Source of the DNA: Eledone cirrhosa
Lineage: Eukaryota
Assembly (NCBI GenBank): GCA_964016885.1
Contig: OZ024741.1
Coordinates: 61,566,001-61,630,000 of the forward strand
Direction: 5' to 3'
Length of the DNA: 64,000 bases
Made by a program: the position numbers and the translations under genes. Shown piece by piece: positions 39,055 through 53,057 of the stretch. The notes under the pieces were generated by a model. That model did no database searches. It saw only the letters and a list, made by a program, of their open reading frames with translations, and was not told the DNA's origin. Numbering within the stretch: position 1 is the first letter of the stretch; the number at the start of each line of letters is the position of its first letter.

Positions 39055-40499
39055 CTTAATTGTAAGTTGTGATGTTGCTGTTCCACTCTGTTTTCTATTT
39101 AATTTTGGTTGTAATTCATTTATGTTTATTGCCTCTGTGATTTGTCTAAACATTGTGTCTTTTCTGTGTGTAGATTCTATTTTTATTTCTATGTTCTCTA
39201 ATTTACCCTTATGTTCCATTTTAGCATGTTGGTAGAGTACAGATGATTCTTTACTATCTTGAAGGTCTCGCCAGTGTTCATTTATCCGTTCCCCTATACT
39301 ACGAGCTGTCTCACCTATGTACACTATATTTTTATCTCTACATTGTCCTTCAGTACATCTTATGCTATATACTACATTTCTAGTTTTATAGTTAATATGG
39401 GGGCTTAATTTACAGATTATACATTTCTTATCTATACAGGGAGGTCTTTGAAAAGGGTATGTCTTGCTAATAAGTGTTTTTATGGAGGTACCTGGTCTTT
39501 CTACTATCTTAATATTGAGTTTATGTTTATCTAGGGCCCTTTTAAATTTGTAAGCTAATTCACCTCTAGGGGTTGTATCGATGAACATTACACTCTGGTA
39601 TTTATTGCTATCATACCATGAGTTTATTCTATTAGCCTTATTCCTAGTTCTTTCTATTCTATTCCAAAATTTGCTCCTATACAAGGGGCAGGTCCCATTT
39701 GTGTCATTATTTCCCATTTTTTCCCATTTGGTTCTGGCTCCTCTATACACTCTGATTTTATCTCTCTGATTGTAACCAGAGAACTGCATACGGTGGATGA
39801 AGTGTTGTATGTGTCTCTCTAGTTCTTCGGGGTTGCACATGCGGGACATGTTTCTCATCACCCGTACCAAATCCGCAATCAGTATGTTGATTTTGGTATG
39901 GTCCGAAACAGCTGAGTTTCGGTGGATCAGATATTTGGAAGTCATGGGTTTGGCATAATGGGAATGGAGGATTTTGTTATTAATGGTATCTAACCAGAGC
40001 TCTGTGTCTAGTACAGGTAATCAATGGTTGGGGTGTTTGCTTGGGTAGTCTATAGTAACTCTAATACTCGGGTGGATGGAGTTAGCTATTTGCTGGATGC
40101 TTTCCATTGTGTTTTTCTCTAATTCCTGACTGTTCTCCAGTGGGGGTGCTTTAACTACGATGTTTATATCATCAACGTAGTGGGAGTTCATTATCAGGGT
40201 TAAGGGGTCTTCTAATTGTTCTTTAAGTTTAAGTTTAAGTCTACTGTCCCACTATACCATGAATAAGTTAGCTATGTCGCTTGCAATGCTAACACCAATG
40301 GCTGCTCCCTCCACTTGGGCATATGTTTTTCCATTAAATTTGAACATATGTTCCTTAAGGGTTAATTTTATGCTGGCTCCCACCGCATGTGCAATCATTT
40401 TCTTTAGTTCATTGTGGTTTTCGGGGGCCCGTATGGCTCTGGTCCACCCGTTCCATCTATCTGCGTGGGTTTTCTTGGCCATTGAGGTAATGGTAGGTA
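39055..40499 (-). pseudogene. PLE reverse transcriptase and GIY-YIG endonuclease, 5'-truncated and disabled
   Basis: FKFNGKTYAQVEGAAIG, YVDD, LPVLD, YAKPMTS, a Cys cluster and VVYSIRC...YIGETARSIGERINEH. Stops at ~40252 and ~40021; 1-bp deletion near 39089 (the right arm preserves LNRKHEWNSNITTYN*). Confidence 0.92.
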
Positions 40500-41010
40500 A
40501 TAAGATGTACTGAAGGACAATGTAGAGATAAAAATATAGTGTACATAGGTGAGACAGCTCGTAGTATAGGGGAACGGATAAATGAACACTGGTGAGACCT
40601 TCAAGATAGTAAAGAATCATCTGTACTCTACCAACATGCTAGAATAGAACATAAGGGTAAATTAGAGAACATAGAAATAAAAATAGAATCTACACACAGA
40701 AAAGACGCAATATTTAGACAAATCACAGAGGCAATAAACATAAATGAATTACAACCAAAATTAAATAGAAAACATGAGTGGAACAGCAACATCACAACTT
40801 ACAATTAAGGACAAAATGAAAACACACACACACACATAGAACAAACAACCAACCAGTAACATGTAAATAAACAAATAAATAAACGAATATAAACAGACAT
40901 AGACACCCGGATGGAACACATGCGCAAACTAAGCACACAACACACACACAAAAACAAGATGGCGTAGGACAGAACAAAGGAGAGGCACAAAAAACGAAGA
41001 AAAGAACCCA

Positions 41011-41053
41011 GTCACTGAAGAGGTCACAGAATGTGTGACGAAAGAACTTTGAC
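41011..41053 (+). ncRNA. Minimal type-I hammerhead ribozyme in PLE right arm
   Basis: GUCA-CUGAAGA-G-GUCACA(GAAUG)UGUGAC-GAAA-GAAC-UU-UGAC. Confidence 0.75.
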
Positions 41054-41372
41054 AATATATAAACAACCATCTGGTTGTGGAACCAACCAACCAATCGGAA
41101 ATTTATAAATTTATTATAATAAATTGAAGTGAAAGCAACTGGTGCGTGTGTTTCTTATTGGCAACATGACCCTCCCAAAGTATAACAATATAAGATATGT
41201 TCACCAGAATTTTGCAAACATGGCAGAGTTAACAAACAACATATCAACCCATCTACATAATTATGTTAACATCTGATTTCATATATATATACACACATGC
41301 TCACACACACATACATATATACACACATATATACATATATATATATATATACACACATATATATACACACAC

Positions 41373-41411
<39 letters not shown>

Positions 41412-42405
41412 TATACATATACCAAACTGCCTGAAACTGCTCTTGGTTCTACCATATTAAACTATATATATATAGAGAGAGAATTAAGGTGTTTTCTCCA
41501 GCATAGCTGTATATGTACATGTATGTAAAGTTTACATATCAAATAATATATGATATGCTTACGAATAAACATTTGAAAGTCTTTAGCTAGGAATTTTAAA
41601 GGTGATGGCTGGTGATATCTACCTAGTTCCAGCAGAAGCAAGGGTAAAGTCACCAATGGCTTGCATAGCCATTGTCAAGGTAACACACCAATCTTCCTCA
41701 CCTCATACTGGAAATCAAATAAGCTCAAACATAGTTTTAATGCTTATGTATATGGGCTGATTAGCCTCATTTGCATGCTCAGCCTGAACAAGAAATAGAA
41801 TGAAGGTGTTCTCTTCACCAAAGCTGTATACATGTATGTAAAATTTGTATATCGAATATTATACAGGAAGGAGTTTTTGTAGCACAACATATTGTTAGTC
41901 AACTGATTCCTGCGTCTTCCTGTGCTTCTTCCATAGTTTCCATCAACTTTGAGTGTCCTGCACTTCATTGTGCAGGTATGCAGCTATCATATGCATCACA
42001 TACCCATACCAACAGTCTTCTCTCTTGTACATTGCATCTAAACCCTCTTTTGCTCAGCTTTTCTCTCAGCTCATTAATGCTTCGTCTTTTGTGCACATTG
42101 ATGTGTGTGTATGTAGATGTTTATTTCTATGTGCATACATGTGAGTATGGATTATATATTCTCAAGTTAAACTCTAAGTAACATTAATAAACAGTTGTGT
42201 GGTTATTACAAACACACACACATATATAATAACAGTGTTTATGAGATTAAGCAATGTTGTATTGTCTAGCGACAACACAAGTTGATTTAATTACCGTTGT
42301 CACTGCTCACTCAATGAAACAAGAAACAAATTCTTATATCAGAGTGTTTTCATTTAGAATTTAGCAAGGAAACAATAGAGGAGGACTAAAGCTAAAAGTA
42401 TAAAT

Positions 42406-42506
<101 letters not shown>

Positions 42507-42539
42507 TACACGGGTGTGTATGATTGTGTATAGAAGATT

Positions 42540-42851
42540 ATATTAATAAAAGGAATTCCAGCTTTGTCTGATTTACTCGTTTTATTTACAATCTTTTAAA
42601 ATTATAATGATATTATAATGAAATAGTATGGTAGAATATTAAATGTTAATTGAACAAGTGCTTTCATGCTTTCGCAATCTTCAGGTTCATATTCAGTGGT
42701 GACAGTCAAGTTTGCAAAACTTGACTGTCACAACTGAATATGAAAGTACTTGCTCAATTAACATTTAACATTTAATATTCTACCATATTATATCATTATA
42801 ATTTTAAAGGATTGTAAATAAAATGAGTAAATCAGACAAAGTTGGAATTCC

Positions 42852-42860
<9 letters not shown>
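42540..42860. mobile_element. Fold-back element with hammerhead in the left arm
   Basis: aaaaggaattccagctttgtctgatttactc pairs with gagtaaatcagacaaagttggaattcctttt; centre gtgacagtcaagttt-gca-aaacttgactgtcac. Confidence 0.9.
42651..42689 (-). ncRNA. Minimal type-I hammerhead ribozyme motif
   Basis: UGAAC-CUGAAGA-UUGC(GAAA)GCAU-GAAA-GCAC-UU-GUUCA. Confidence 0.7.
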
Positions 42861-42880
<20 letters not shown>

Positions 42881-42883
<3 letters not shown>

Positions 42884-43005
42884 GGAAAATGTATGACCCC
42901 GACGGCAGAGCTCAAGCCGTTTCGACGCATATTTCTGGACTAAATTTAGTCCAGAAATAGCCGAAACGGCTTGAGCTCTGCCGTCGGGGTCATACATTTT
43001 CCTAT
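42881..43005. repeat. 125-bp near-perfect palindrome
   Basis: 44-bp perfect outer arms, a small asymmetric bulge, and a 15+15 bp loopless centre. Confidence 0.97.
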
Positions 43006-43076
43006 TACCCACTCTACTACCCTAAGTATTGAGTACTCTGGTGTGGTCCATCTGGTTCCTTACCACAACTCCTTTG

Positions 43077-43162
<86 letters not shown>

Positions 43163-45039
43163 GCTGAGGGAGAAAGATGGATAAGTAGATAGATACATAC
43201 ACACATAGTTACACACAACAATTTGGGAGTGCCCTAGTGTGATACAGGAATAGGAGTGAGGAGGAAGGGGAAAAACAGAATTGAAGTTTTAAATGTAATT
43301 TTAATACTCCTTTGAAGGGTGTTTTTATTTTCTCATAGATTTATACATTAATCAACATACATAAACGCATACACACAGATAGAAACAATAACAACACTAA
43401 CAACAACATCATCACCACTACCACCACTACCAACAACAACAGCAACAATGTGTAGATCACAGGTGTGCAATTAGTTTATCCAATCAAACCTTCAAACAAG
43501 ATACAGAAGTAGATACAGGTATTGATATATATTGATTTCTATTACATAAGATGATAAAACAAATGGACAAAAATAACCCCCCAAAATGAAAAAAAGAATA
43601 AAAACAATCATTGAAAAAAATTGATTAAAAATTTTAAAATAATAAAACATTTTTTTAAAGATAAATAAAAATTCAAAAGCCATTTTTCTTCTTCGTCTTT
43701 GGTTTGTTTGAAAAATGTGTATATGTAAAGGCAGCATCTCTGAATAAATAAGAATCTTGATATTGTTCATGATTACAAACAAACAAATGGGTTTTCTATT
43801 ATAGATAATTAGTTTTTCACCACATACAACCACACACACACCAGTGCATTCGATTTTCCTTCACAAACACACACACATATGGACACTGCCACTCCACACA
43901 CACACCATTGCCTTTATTCTTGCTCCACACACACAACCATCTCCACACACAAACACACAAATATATTTTTTTAAATCAAAACTTCCATCTTTGTTCTTTG
44001 TACTTATTCGGCTTTTGTTTTTGTTTTTCTTGGGGACGGCAGTTAAAAGGTCAAACAAATATATATATATATATATATATGATAAAAGTTTTTAAAATAA
44101 TAAGCAAATGATTTGAAATAAATATGTGTGTGTGAGTGTATATGTGTGTGTGAGTGTGCATATTTATAGATAGATAGATAGAAATGAGAAGTGAGCAATT
44201 TAAATAATACAGACATATACACACATACATATACATAGATATGTGCATAAAGAAACATATATGCATATATACATGTAAATATATTATGTCAATATATTAT
44301 ATATATTACATAAATATATATATATATATATACATACGTATACACATATATATATATACATAACTATATAAATCATCATCATCATCATCATCATCGATTA
44401 ATGGCTATCTTAAACAATGATGATGATTTATATAGTTATGTGTATATGTATGTATATAAATATATATACATGCATACATACGTATACACACACACACATA
44501 TATATATTACATTATATGAATATGTAATATTTATATATGTGTTTGTGTATATAATTACAAAGGAAATAAGAAAGTATGTGTTGACAAGAAAATTGCGTTC
44601 TTCCAAATTACAAACAACTGGTTTCAAATGTTTAACTATAATCTTTTTATCAACACCACCACTACCACCATCACCATTATTATTATCATTATTATCATCA
44701 ATATTACTACGATTATTATTATTATCAATAATAAATAAAGAACAAATAAATAGATAAAGAATTATTATTATTTATTATTATTTTTTATTATTATTTTGGT
44801 TTGTTTTGTCATTCAATATTTTCATTTTTTATTCTAAAGTCGGATGTATTAAGTTGGAAGCTGGAAGCCGACATCCAATTTCTCATGAACTGTTAATCAT
44901 TTCAAAGTCTTTATTTCTTTTTTCAGACAGAAATAATGACCTCACTTCAACCATTCTTATTTACATCTCACCAGCCCCTCCCTCCTTCTTTCTCCTCATG
45001 TCTTATATCTTTCTCTCTTCCATCCTCTCTTTCCTTTCT

Positions 45040-45320
45040 CTCTCCTCTGTCTTTCTCTATCTCCTGTCCTCTCCCACCCTCTCTCTCTTTCTCTCCTGTC
45101 CTCCCCCCCCTCTCTCTCTCTGTCTCTCCTATCCTCTCCCACCCTCTTTCTCTTTCTCTCCTGACCTCTCCCACCCTCTCTCTCTTTCTCTCCTGTCCTC
45201 TCCCACCCTCTCTCTCTTTCTCTCCTGTCCTCTCCCACCCTCTCTCTCTTTCTCTCCTGTCCTCTCCCACCCTCTCTCTCTTTCTCTCCTGTCCTCTACT
45301 TACTCTCTCCACCCCTCTCC
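45040..45320. repeat. CT-rich ~32-bp minisatellite
   Basis: Unit ctcctgtcctctcccaccctctctctctttct repeated about 8 times. Confidence 0.9.
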
Positions 45321-45649
45321 CCACCCCCACCATTGTGTTTTATCTACTTCCTTTGGTTTTGTTTTCAGAAACTTTTCCATTTTCTAAGAATCCATTTTTA
45401 AACAAATGTTAATGAGGTAAAAATATAGCTGGGAGCCAGCAAAGATAACATTGGAAAAACAAACAAACAAACAAAGGTCATTATTATTACTATTATTATT
45501 ATTATTAGTTTTATTCCTAATAGAATTTTTGATTGTCAAGAATACATTATAAATAAATACATTAAAATATTCTGTTTAAATAGGAAGAGAAGTGAGAATA
45601 AGCTTGTTGAAATGTTGGTGGATTGGAATGGGTGGATAAGTAGAAGATT

Positions 45650-46045
45650 GGATGGCTGGGTGGAAAATTGGGTGGTTATATTGATGGATGGGTGGATGGT
45701 GGAATAGATTGATGGTGGAATAGATGGATGGAGGGATAGATGGATGGGTGTATGGATGGATGGAGGGATAGATGGATGGATGGAGGGATGGAGGGATATA
45801 TGGATAAATGAATGGATGGATAGACCAATAGACAGATGGATAGATGATTGATTTGATAGATGAGTGGATGGATGAGTGGATGAGTGAAGGATAGATAGAG
45901 AGAAGAATTGGTAGATAGATGTATGAATAGCTGAATGTATGGATAAACAGGTGGGTAGATGGATGGATAGACAGATGGATGGGCAGAGAGATGGCTGGAC
46001 AGATGGATGGACGGATAGATAGATAGATGAGTGGAGGGATGGATG
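45650..46045. repeat. Degenerate (GGAT/AGAT)n microsatellite
   Basis: Direct reading. Confidence 0.9.
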
Positions 46046-46983
46046 TGTTGGGTATTATATATACTCTGGAAAATTTCGTTTTGAGTTAATTTCTAATAGA
46101 AACATCATCATTTAACATTGGTTTTCCTTGCTAACAAGGTTTGGATGGGATATATATTAAAATTAAAAGTGATGATGTATTATAGTGATGACAGTAACTG
46201 TGATGATGACAAGGATTATGTTGATAATGGGGATGGTTGTTGGGGTGATGACAGCGGTGATGATGATTGTGATGTAATAATGACAGTAATAATAACAACC
46301 AGTGAAAAACCATATATATATATAGCAATATGTATATATATATATAGTTATATATTCTCTCTGAAATAAACTCAGAAACAAAACAAAACCACACACACCA
46401 CTATCATCATTACTGCTAGCCCATCAACACCGCCATCATAAAAAAAAAGAAGAAAAAACAACAGAAAAAAAAAACAATATCTTGAATGAAGAAATGAAAT
46501 TAAAGAGTGGAGTTATTTTAAAATTGGTCAATTTCATCAAGATATTTTGAGTGAGATTTAATTGAACAAACATAAGAGTATATACACATTAGGAAAGAAG
46601 AATTTTACAGAAAATAATATCATATGCAACGATGAGATGACAGATGAAAATTATAACAAATACAGAATTAAAAAAAAAAAGATAGTTATTTTTGGTGAAA
46701 TGTAAATTGAAGATTGTTAAAAGGTTCAATAAATATACATATAGATAATGAAAGAAGTTCTAGGAACTGAGTGGCGTACTAATGAGGAGAAGTGTGTTGG
46801 TGAAAGTGAAAGGAAAGGTGTATGTATGCAGCATGTGTGAGTGGTGCCATGATATATGGGAGCAAGCTATGGTGATAAATGGGGAGCAACAATGAAGGCT
46901 GGGAAGAATGGAAATGAGAATTATCCAGTGGATGAGTGGAGTATCCTGCAGAAAGAGACAAAGACAAACATATTAAACTGATA

Positions 46984-47400
46984 TCATCATCATCATCATT
47001 ATTGTTTAATGTCTATTTCCCATGCTAGCATGGGTAAGAAGTGCTGTCCCATTGTGAGACATCCAGGTCAGAGGACCGTGTTTTGCTCACACAGAACTGA
47101 TTTTCGCTTGGTTTCTACAGTTGGATGCCCTTCTTAATGCCAACCACATTTACAGTGTGTGCTGGGTGCTTTTTGTCATGATACCAACATGACCACTTTA
47201 CAGTGTGGACTCTGTGCTTTTTGTCATGTCACCAACATGACCACATTACAGTGTGGGCTGGGCACTTTTTGTTGTGTCACCAATATGACTACTTTACAGC
47301 GTGGGCTTGGTGCTTTTTGTCGTGACACCTACATGACCACTTCACAGTGTGGATGGGGCGTTTATTGTCATGGCTCCAGGATGACCACTTTATGGTGTGG
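46984..47400 (-). mobile_element. RTE 3' UTR with expanded 48-bp array (about 5 copies)
   Basis: Units start at ~47151, 47199, 47247, 47295 and 47343. Confidence 0.85.
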
Positions 47401-47749
47401 ATTCGGGACTTGGGTGAGGGAGATGCATGGGGAATTGGGGAGGTAGGTATAGGGGTTGGGGGAATTACAGCAAGGGAGGTGTATGGGAGGGAAGGTGGTG
47501 CATACTAGATGTATGCCCAGTTCCTGCATTGATAACTTCTATAGCTACTATAACTCCTGTAAGTAGGTAATGGCATGACTGTGTGGTTAAGGTGTTCACT
47601 TCCCAACCACGTGGTTCTGGATCCAGTTCCACTATGTGAGTGGCACCTTGGGTAATTTATACTACAGCTTCAGATGGACCAATGCCTTGCACATGAAATA
47701 CAGTTGACAGAAATTGCAGAATCCTGTCATATCACAATATTTACGCTTG

Positions 47750-48300
47750 TATGGCTTGGACGGGTCCTTCTCAGCACAGCAACTCTCCACACATTGCAAG
47801 CCTTTGTCATCACTTCTGTCAATCTCAGTGATTTGAGGTCAGCTCTCACACCATCTGCCCAAGTCTTTCTTGGTCTACATCTACCACGACTTCCTGCCAC
47901 TGGCATTTCCTGGCTCTTCTTCACCCAACTCATGCTCCTCACACATCCAAACTAATGGAGTCGTCTCTCCTGCACACCATATTGGATTCCCCTTAAACCC
48001 AGCTTCTCCTTCAACTCATCCAAGCTCTGTCTCTCACTCACACTTACATTGCACATCCAATGAAGCATCGTTGCTTAATTTCTCTCCAGTCTATGTATAT
48101 CCTCAGCAGTCGCAGCCCATGTAGCATCACATACTGTACACAGGCACCATACCATCATCCTTTTGTATGTAGGAAGAAACCTTTTACGGACAACAGTAGG
48201 AGTAACACTCTGAACTTTTTCCATCCTATCCTTATTCTAGCTTTTATGCTCTCAGAGCACTGCCCCTCCATTGCTAATTACATTGCCTAGATAGCAGAAG
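47750..48300 (-). pseudogene. Decayed RTE C-terminal fragment nested in SINE C
   Basis: FCYLGN, RIGWKKFR and GRCRPRKTW motifs. Confidence 0.8.
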
Positions 48301-49304
48301 CCACCAACCACCACTTGTATGGGTCCTTCCTGTGAAAGACCAAACAGGTTGCTGATATGTTCCATATTTGGCATGATTTCTACAGCTGGATGCCCTTCCT
48401 AATGCCTTACAGAGTATACAGGGTGCATATATTATGCATATATATATGTATATGGCCCAATCCATGCAAGCATGGAAAAGCTGTTGTAAAAATGATGAGG
48501 ATAATTATATGTGTGTGTATGTATGTGTGTCTGTCTCTATGACTACGTTTGTGTCTTTGTGTCCCATAACTTAGCAAGTAGTTAAAAAAAAAAGAAAGAA
48601 GAGATTGATAAAATAGGTACTGGGATCGATATGATTGACTAAATGAAGGTGAGACCCTAGCATGGTTGCAGTGTAATAACTGAACCCAGTACAGGTGTAA
48701 AAGAGTATGTGGTTCTAATTTGAAAACTTAAGCATAAAGAAAATTGGTGATTTTTATGAAAAGACAATTTTTCAATAGAATTTTCATATGTAACTATTCA
48801 AGCAAGATTCTTCATCTATTAAGCATACAAATATAACAGGTCTGGTTTACAAAAAGAAAAAAAAATATCATCAGTATCGTCAGTCTGACTACCAACATAG
48901 CTATCAGCAGCAGCAGCAGCACAGTGATGATGATGTAGTGATGATGATGATGCAGTGATGATGATGATGATGATGTAGTGATGATGATGATGAGGCCTGT
49001 CTTTTCTTAAGATTATTTTTAGTTGTTTTTTTTTTGTTACTTTTTTAATGTAGTATTGGTAATTTAAAAAAATAAAATATTTTCGGTGATTAAAAGTGAA
49101 AGTTATTTCAATTCCTCAGAAATTGACAGTGATTACAATAGAGATAGTTTTGCAATGAAATATTTGAGCAAATCTTAATTTTCCTATTTCAATCAATTTT
49201 GGTTGTGATAATGAAAATGATCATGGTCAATAACAAGAGATAATGAAATGGAAATTGTTCTGACAACCATTTAGAGAAATACTTCCTCCTACTTGGTATG
49301 CCTT

Positions 49305-49640
49305 TATTCATTTTCTAAGTTCAGTCATTAGACTTTGACCATGTTGGGGCAGCAGCAGGATTTAGTTGATCATATCAATCATTGTACATATTCTTTTATA
49401 ATTTTACTGGTTTCAGTCATTAAACTCTGGCCATGCTGGGGCACCACCTTGATTTAGTCAACCATATCAACACTAATACTTATTCTTTTACACTTTTATT
49501 TGTTTTAGTCATTAGAAAGCAGTTATGCTGAGAGATTTCCAGTATTTATTCTTTACACTTTTACTGGTTTCAGTAATTAGATGATAGTCATGCTGGGACA
49601 CCACCTTGATTTAGTTGACTACAGTACTTATTCTTTTCCA
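49305..49640 (-). repeat. Tandem array of SINE C 3' tails (about 4 units)
   Basis: Repeated ttttactggtttcagtcatta...catgctgggg..cacc..gatttagt. Confidence 0.7.
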
Positions 49641-49741
49641 AGTCTGCTATTTATTTAATGATCATATTTTTGTCAGACAGTTTGCTAAGCTACAGGACAT
49701 GAACACAGAAACAAATGTAAACACACACACACACACGCACG

Positions 49742-49773
<32 letters not shown>

Positions 49774-51936
49774 ATTATAATTATTGCTTTACATCTGCTT
49801 TCCATTCTGCCATGGGTTGGACCTGTTGTCACAGTCTGAAATTAGATTGATCAAGGAACCACATTTTGGCTCTTACGTTCAATATTTAGCATGGTTTCTT
49901 TGACTAATGTCAACTACTTTATAGATAGAAAATAGAGTCCAACTCTTGCTTAGAAGTTAAATGATTATGATGCTGACTCTCAACAACATCATCACTGTTT
50001 AACGTCCATTTTTCCATGCTAGCAAGGGTTAGACAAGTTGTCCTGTTGTAGGCAATGCTAGGTCAGGTTACCATGTCTTGCTCATACAGAACTGATTCTG
50101 ACTTGGTTTCTACAGATGGATGCCCTTCCTAATGCCAACCTCATTTACAGTGAGAACTGGGTGTTTTTTGTTGTGATACCTACATGACCACTTTACAGTG
50201 TGGGTTGGGTGCTTTTTGTACTGTTGCCATCTCGAGAGTGTAGATATTTAAAATCATGTAAGCCCTATGGTCAATCTTAATCCATTTTGAAGTGGCTTTA
50301 ACTTCAAAATGGATTAAGACCATAAGGATTACATGTTTATAAATATAACACACATACAAACACAAACATTATTCAAATATTAATAATCCTACAACAATCA
50401 ACAGTCATTATAACTGCTTACATACAAGAGTATTTTTAAAATGCAAAAAAAAAGAGAGAGATTGATTGTCCAATTTAAAAACTTTTTGTCATTTTCTTCT
50501 TGTACTTAAATTAGTTATTTCATATGAAAGAATATCAGAAAGTGGATTTCACTAATGTTGCGATAAGTTATTTTATCATGACATGTCATTACCAACCTGC
50601 CCCAAACTACCCTTGATTCTATGAAGCAAAAGAATCCATTTTAAAGCGATTAAAACTTTCAAATATAATTTGATTTATGAACATTTTGTTATGTTACAAA
50701 TACCATCTTAATAATGAAATAATTAATAACTTTAGCAAATCTCTCAAAATTCATTTATTGAACTACAGTCTATTTCACAGAAAGGGTTGAATCTTGCATC
50801 AAACGTCACTTGTATCATATTCCTTGCAAATAAACTTTTCAGTTAATGGGGGGGGGGGGGGCTTTTTCATTTTATCATTAGCATTGTTATGTTATTGAAT
50901 ATTACATCTTAGAATTCAAATGCACCATATTCCTAGCATATAAACTGTTTAATTGAAACAAGCTTCCCTAATTGCAACTGAAACTTGCAGGGGGTAAAAC
51001 ATTACCTTCATTTTTTTAAATATGAGAATATGAGAATATGAGAATATGAAAGAGAGATTGTAAGTATGAGGTGGTGTTAAGCCCCTCAACTAAATAAGGC
51101 ACAAGTTATAAAGATACATTGGCTATTCAAGTGTCTTTTGTAGTTATGAAAACAGAAAAGGAAGGGGAAGGTAAGAGATCTAGTGTCACATAAGAATGGG
51201 GAGAAGAAGGGGGAGGGAATGGCTCTGGGTCTAGGGCTCACTTATGTTCAATATTTGAATAAACCAAGAACTAAACAGTTTTAAAGAGATAATTGCCGAA
51301 AAAAAAATAAAAGAAATATGCAAGTTATAAAGATGGAAATGTTCAAGCCAATTAATAATATAAATCAACTGATTGATAACTTACAAATTCATATCACACA
51401 TTAGTTGTCGTGCTGTTGCTTTAAAACTCCCACCTGATCCACATATACAACAAAATATTAAGAAAGAACACAATTAATTTCCACCACACATGCTTGCTAC
51501 TTCTAGAATCCACAAAATGAAGAAACATGTGGGCTCCCATTTGTTCATAATAGTAAGAGATGGGGAAAGCAGTAGAGATGGAGGCAGTGACTGTGGGAGT
51601 TTGGTTCCTTTGTGTTCGGACAACATTAAATGAAGCAGCATTAGTTGAACTAAATCCTGAGAATAACAAAATCTTTATGATTTAAGTACAACTGAAACAT
51701 ATAACTATAAATCTCAGCATACTAGTAAAAACCATATAACCTATAAATAGATATTTTACACCCACAATATATCCATATACATAATACTTTCAAATATAAT
51801 TTGATTTATGAACATCATGTGCCGCAATACTCACCTCATGTGACTCAATACTCCCATTGCCTTATTTCTAATTACATACACTGTATTTCATTTAATCAAT
51901 GAAGAGTTTTGGGAGATTTACTAAAATTATTAATTA

Positions 51937-52567
51937 CTAGCAGTGGTATCCGGCGTTGCACGGGATAAGGTATTTTGGAATGCGGGCCGCCAACAGACCT
52001 AATCATGGAAAAACTGCATGCCTGGACAATATGTAAAGAAAATAAACCGAATACTCTGATGGCTGGATAATCTTTAAGATTTTCCTCGATGAAGCAGTAA
52101 AAATGCAGGTTTTCACCTAATGCGGACCCTAGGGGATCAAGAAAATGAATTTTTTTATGTGCATAATATGCCTTGAAATTTAGGGAAAATTGGTTAGACG
52201 TAACGCCTCAAAAAAGCCCTAAAAAGCTGAAAAATGGCCCTAGGCCATAAAAAAGTTGGATTTTCTTTGCTCACAGTATGAAGAAGAGACTGACTAATAC
52301 ATAGTTACAATTTCAAGGAAATTGGTCTGATGTAACGCCTCAAAAAACCCCTAAAAAGCTGAAAAACGCAGTTTTTCACCTAATGCGGGTTCTAAGTGAT
52401 CACAAAGTTGAATTTTTTTATGTGCAAAATACTTCCTGCAGCATAAGTAATACACATGTAAAGTTTGAAATAAATCGGTTGGGTACTTCTCAAGTTTTAG
52501 GGATTCAAACTCACAGACACACAGACACACACACACAGACAGACATCCTCAGTTTTATATATATAGA
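51937..52567 (-). mobile_element. Non-autonomous Helitron
   Basis: Minus strand A|TC tatatatataaaa...gtctgtctgt ... subterminal hairpin tcccgtgcaacgccgga ... CTAG|T; internal direct duplication. Confidence 0.85.
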
Positions 52568-53057
52568 TTGCATTATTACAATGGCATTTCCAGCATAACT
52601 AAACATTCTTATATAAAATTATGCTGGAAGGGTTTAACTTAAAAAGGAACACTTTAAAATATACATATAATAGAGATGTATATGAAAGCATATACAATAT
52701 GTTTACATACAATAAATATATTGGTAGCTTTGCTATCAAAGAACAAATAGTTTTTTTTGTTGTCAAAGAAAACACATTGTTCTTTGTGAACATGTCACAG
52801 AATGTTAATGACAGTCAAGAATGCTAGACAGTGATGTTTCAAGATTTGTTAATTTTTCATCAGAGACATTCACTGAACAAGTTCTGACATGGAAATACTC
52901 TAGAGTTTATATAGATTTTGCATGATGAACATTTGCTGAAGATGTTCATTTGCATATAGCAATTAGAAAACATGGACTGGAAAGGTCAGTTATAATTAAA
53001 AACTAGGGCAACGTTTAAGCATAATAGGGGTGTATATGAAAGCAATATACTATATAT

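Larger units (their letters stand above)
38673..41191 (-). mobile_element. Penelope-like element with inverted ~690-bp terminal copy
   Basis: 38673-39362 is the reverse complement of 40500-41191; the RT and GIY-YIG coding region lies between and within the arms. Confidence 0.93.

Noticed and set aside
40021-40023. In-frame TGA in the PLE as selenocysteine (reported for some Naiad elements)
   Set aside because: It falls at a basic-residue position before LPVLD (likely CGA to TGA), not a Cys position, and the copy also has a TAG stop and a frameshift.
47151-47400. CRISPR-like regular array
   Set aside because: The units are contiguous diverged tandem repeats without unique spacers; the context is a eukaryotic LINE 3' UTR with no cas genes.
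51474-51656. Candidate minus-strand exon with EH-domain-like peptide (LHLMLSEHKGTKLPQSLPPSLL)
   Set aside because: Its core is a copy of the CRE-like tail repeat at 15997-16085, so the resemblance is probably fortuitous.
52830-52870. Further CUGAUGA...GAAA matches (also ~55680-55715)
   Set aside because: Stems I and II do not pair convincingly; these could be chance matches in AT-rich DNA.
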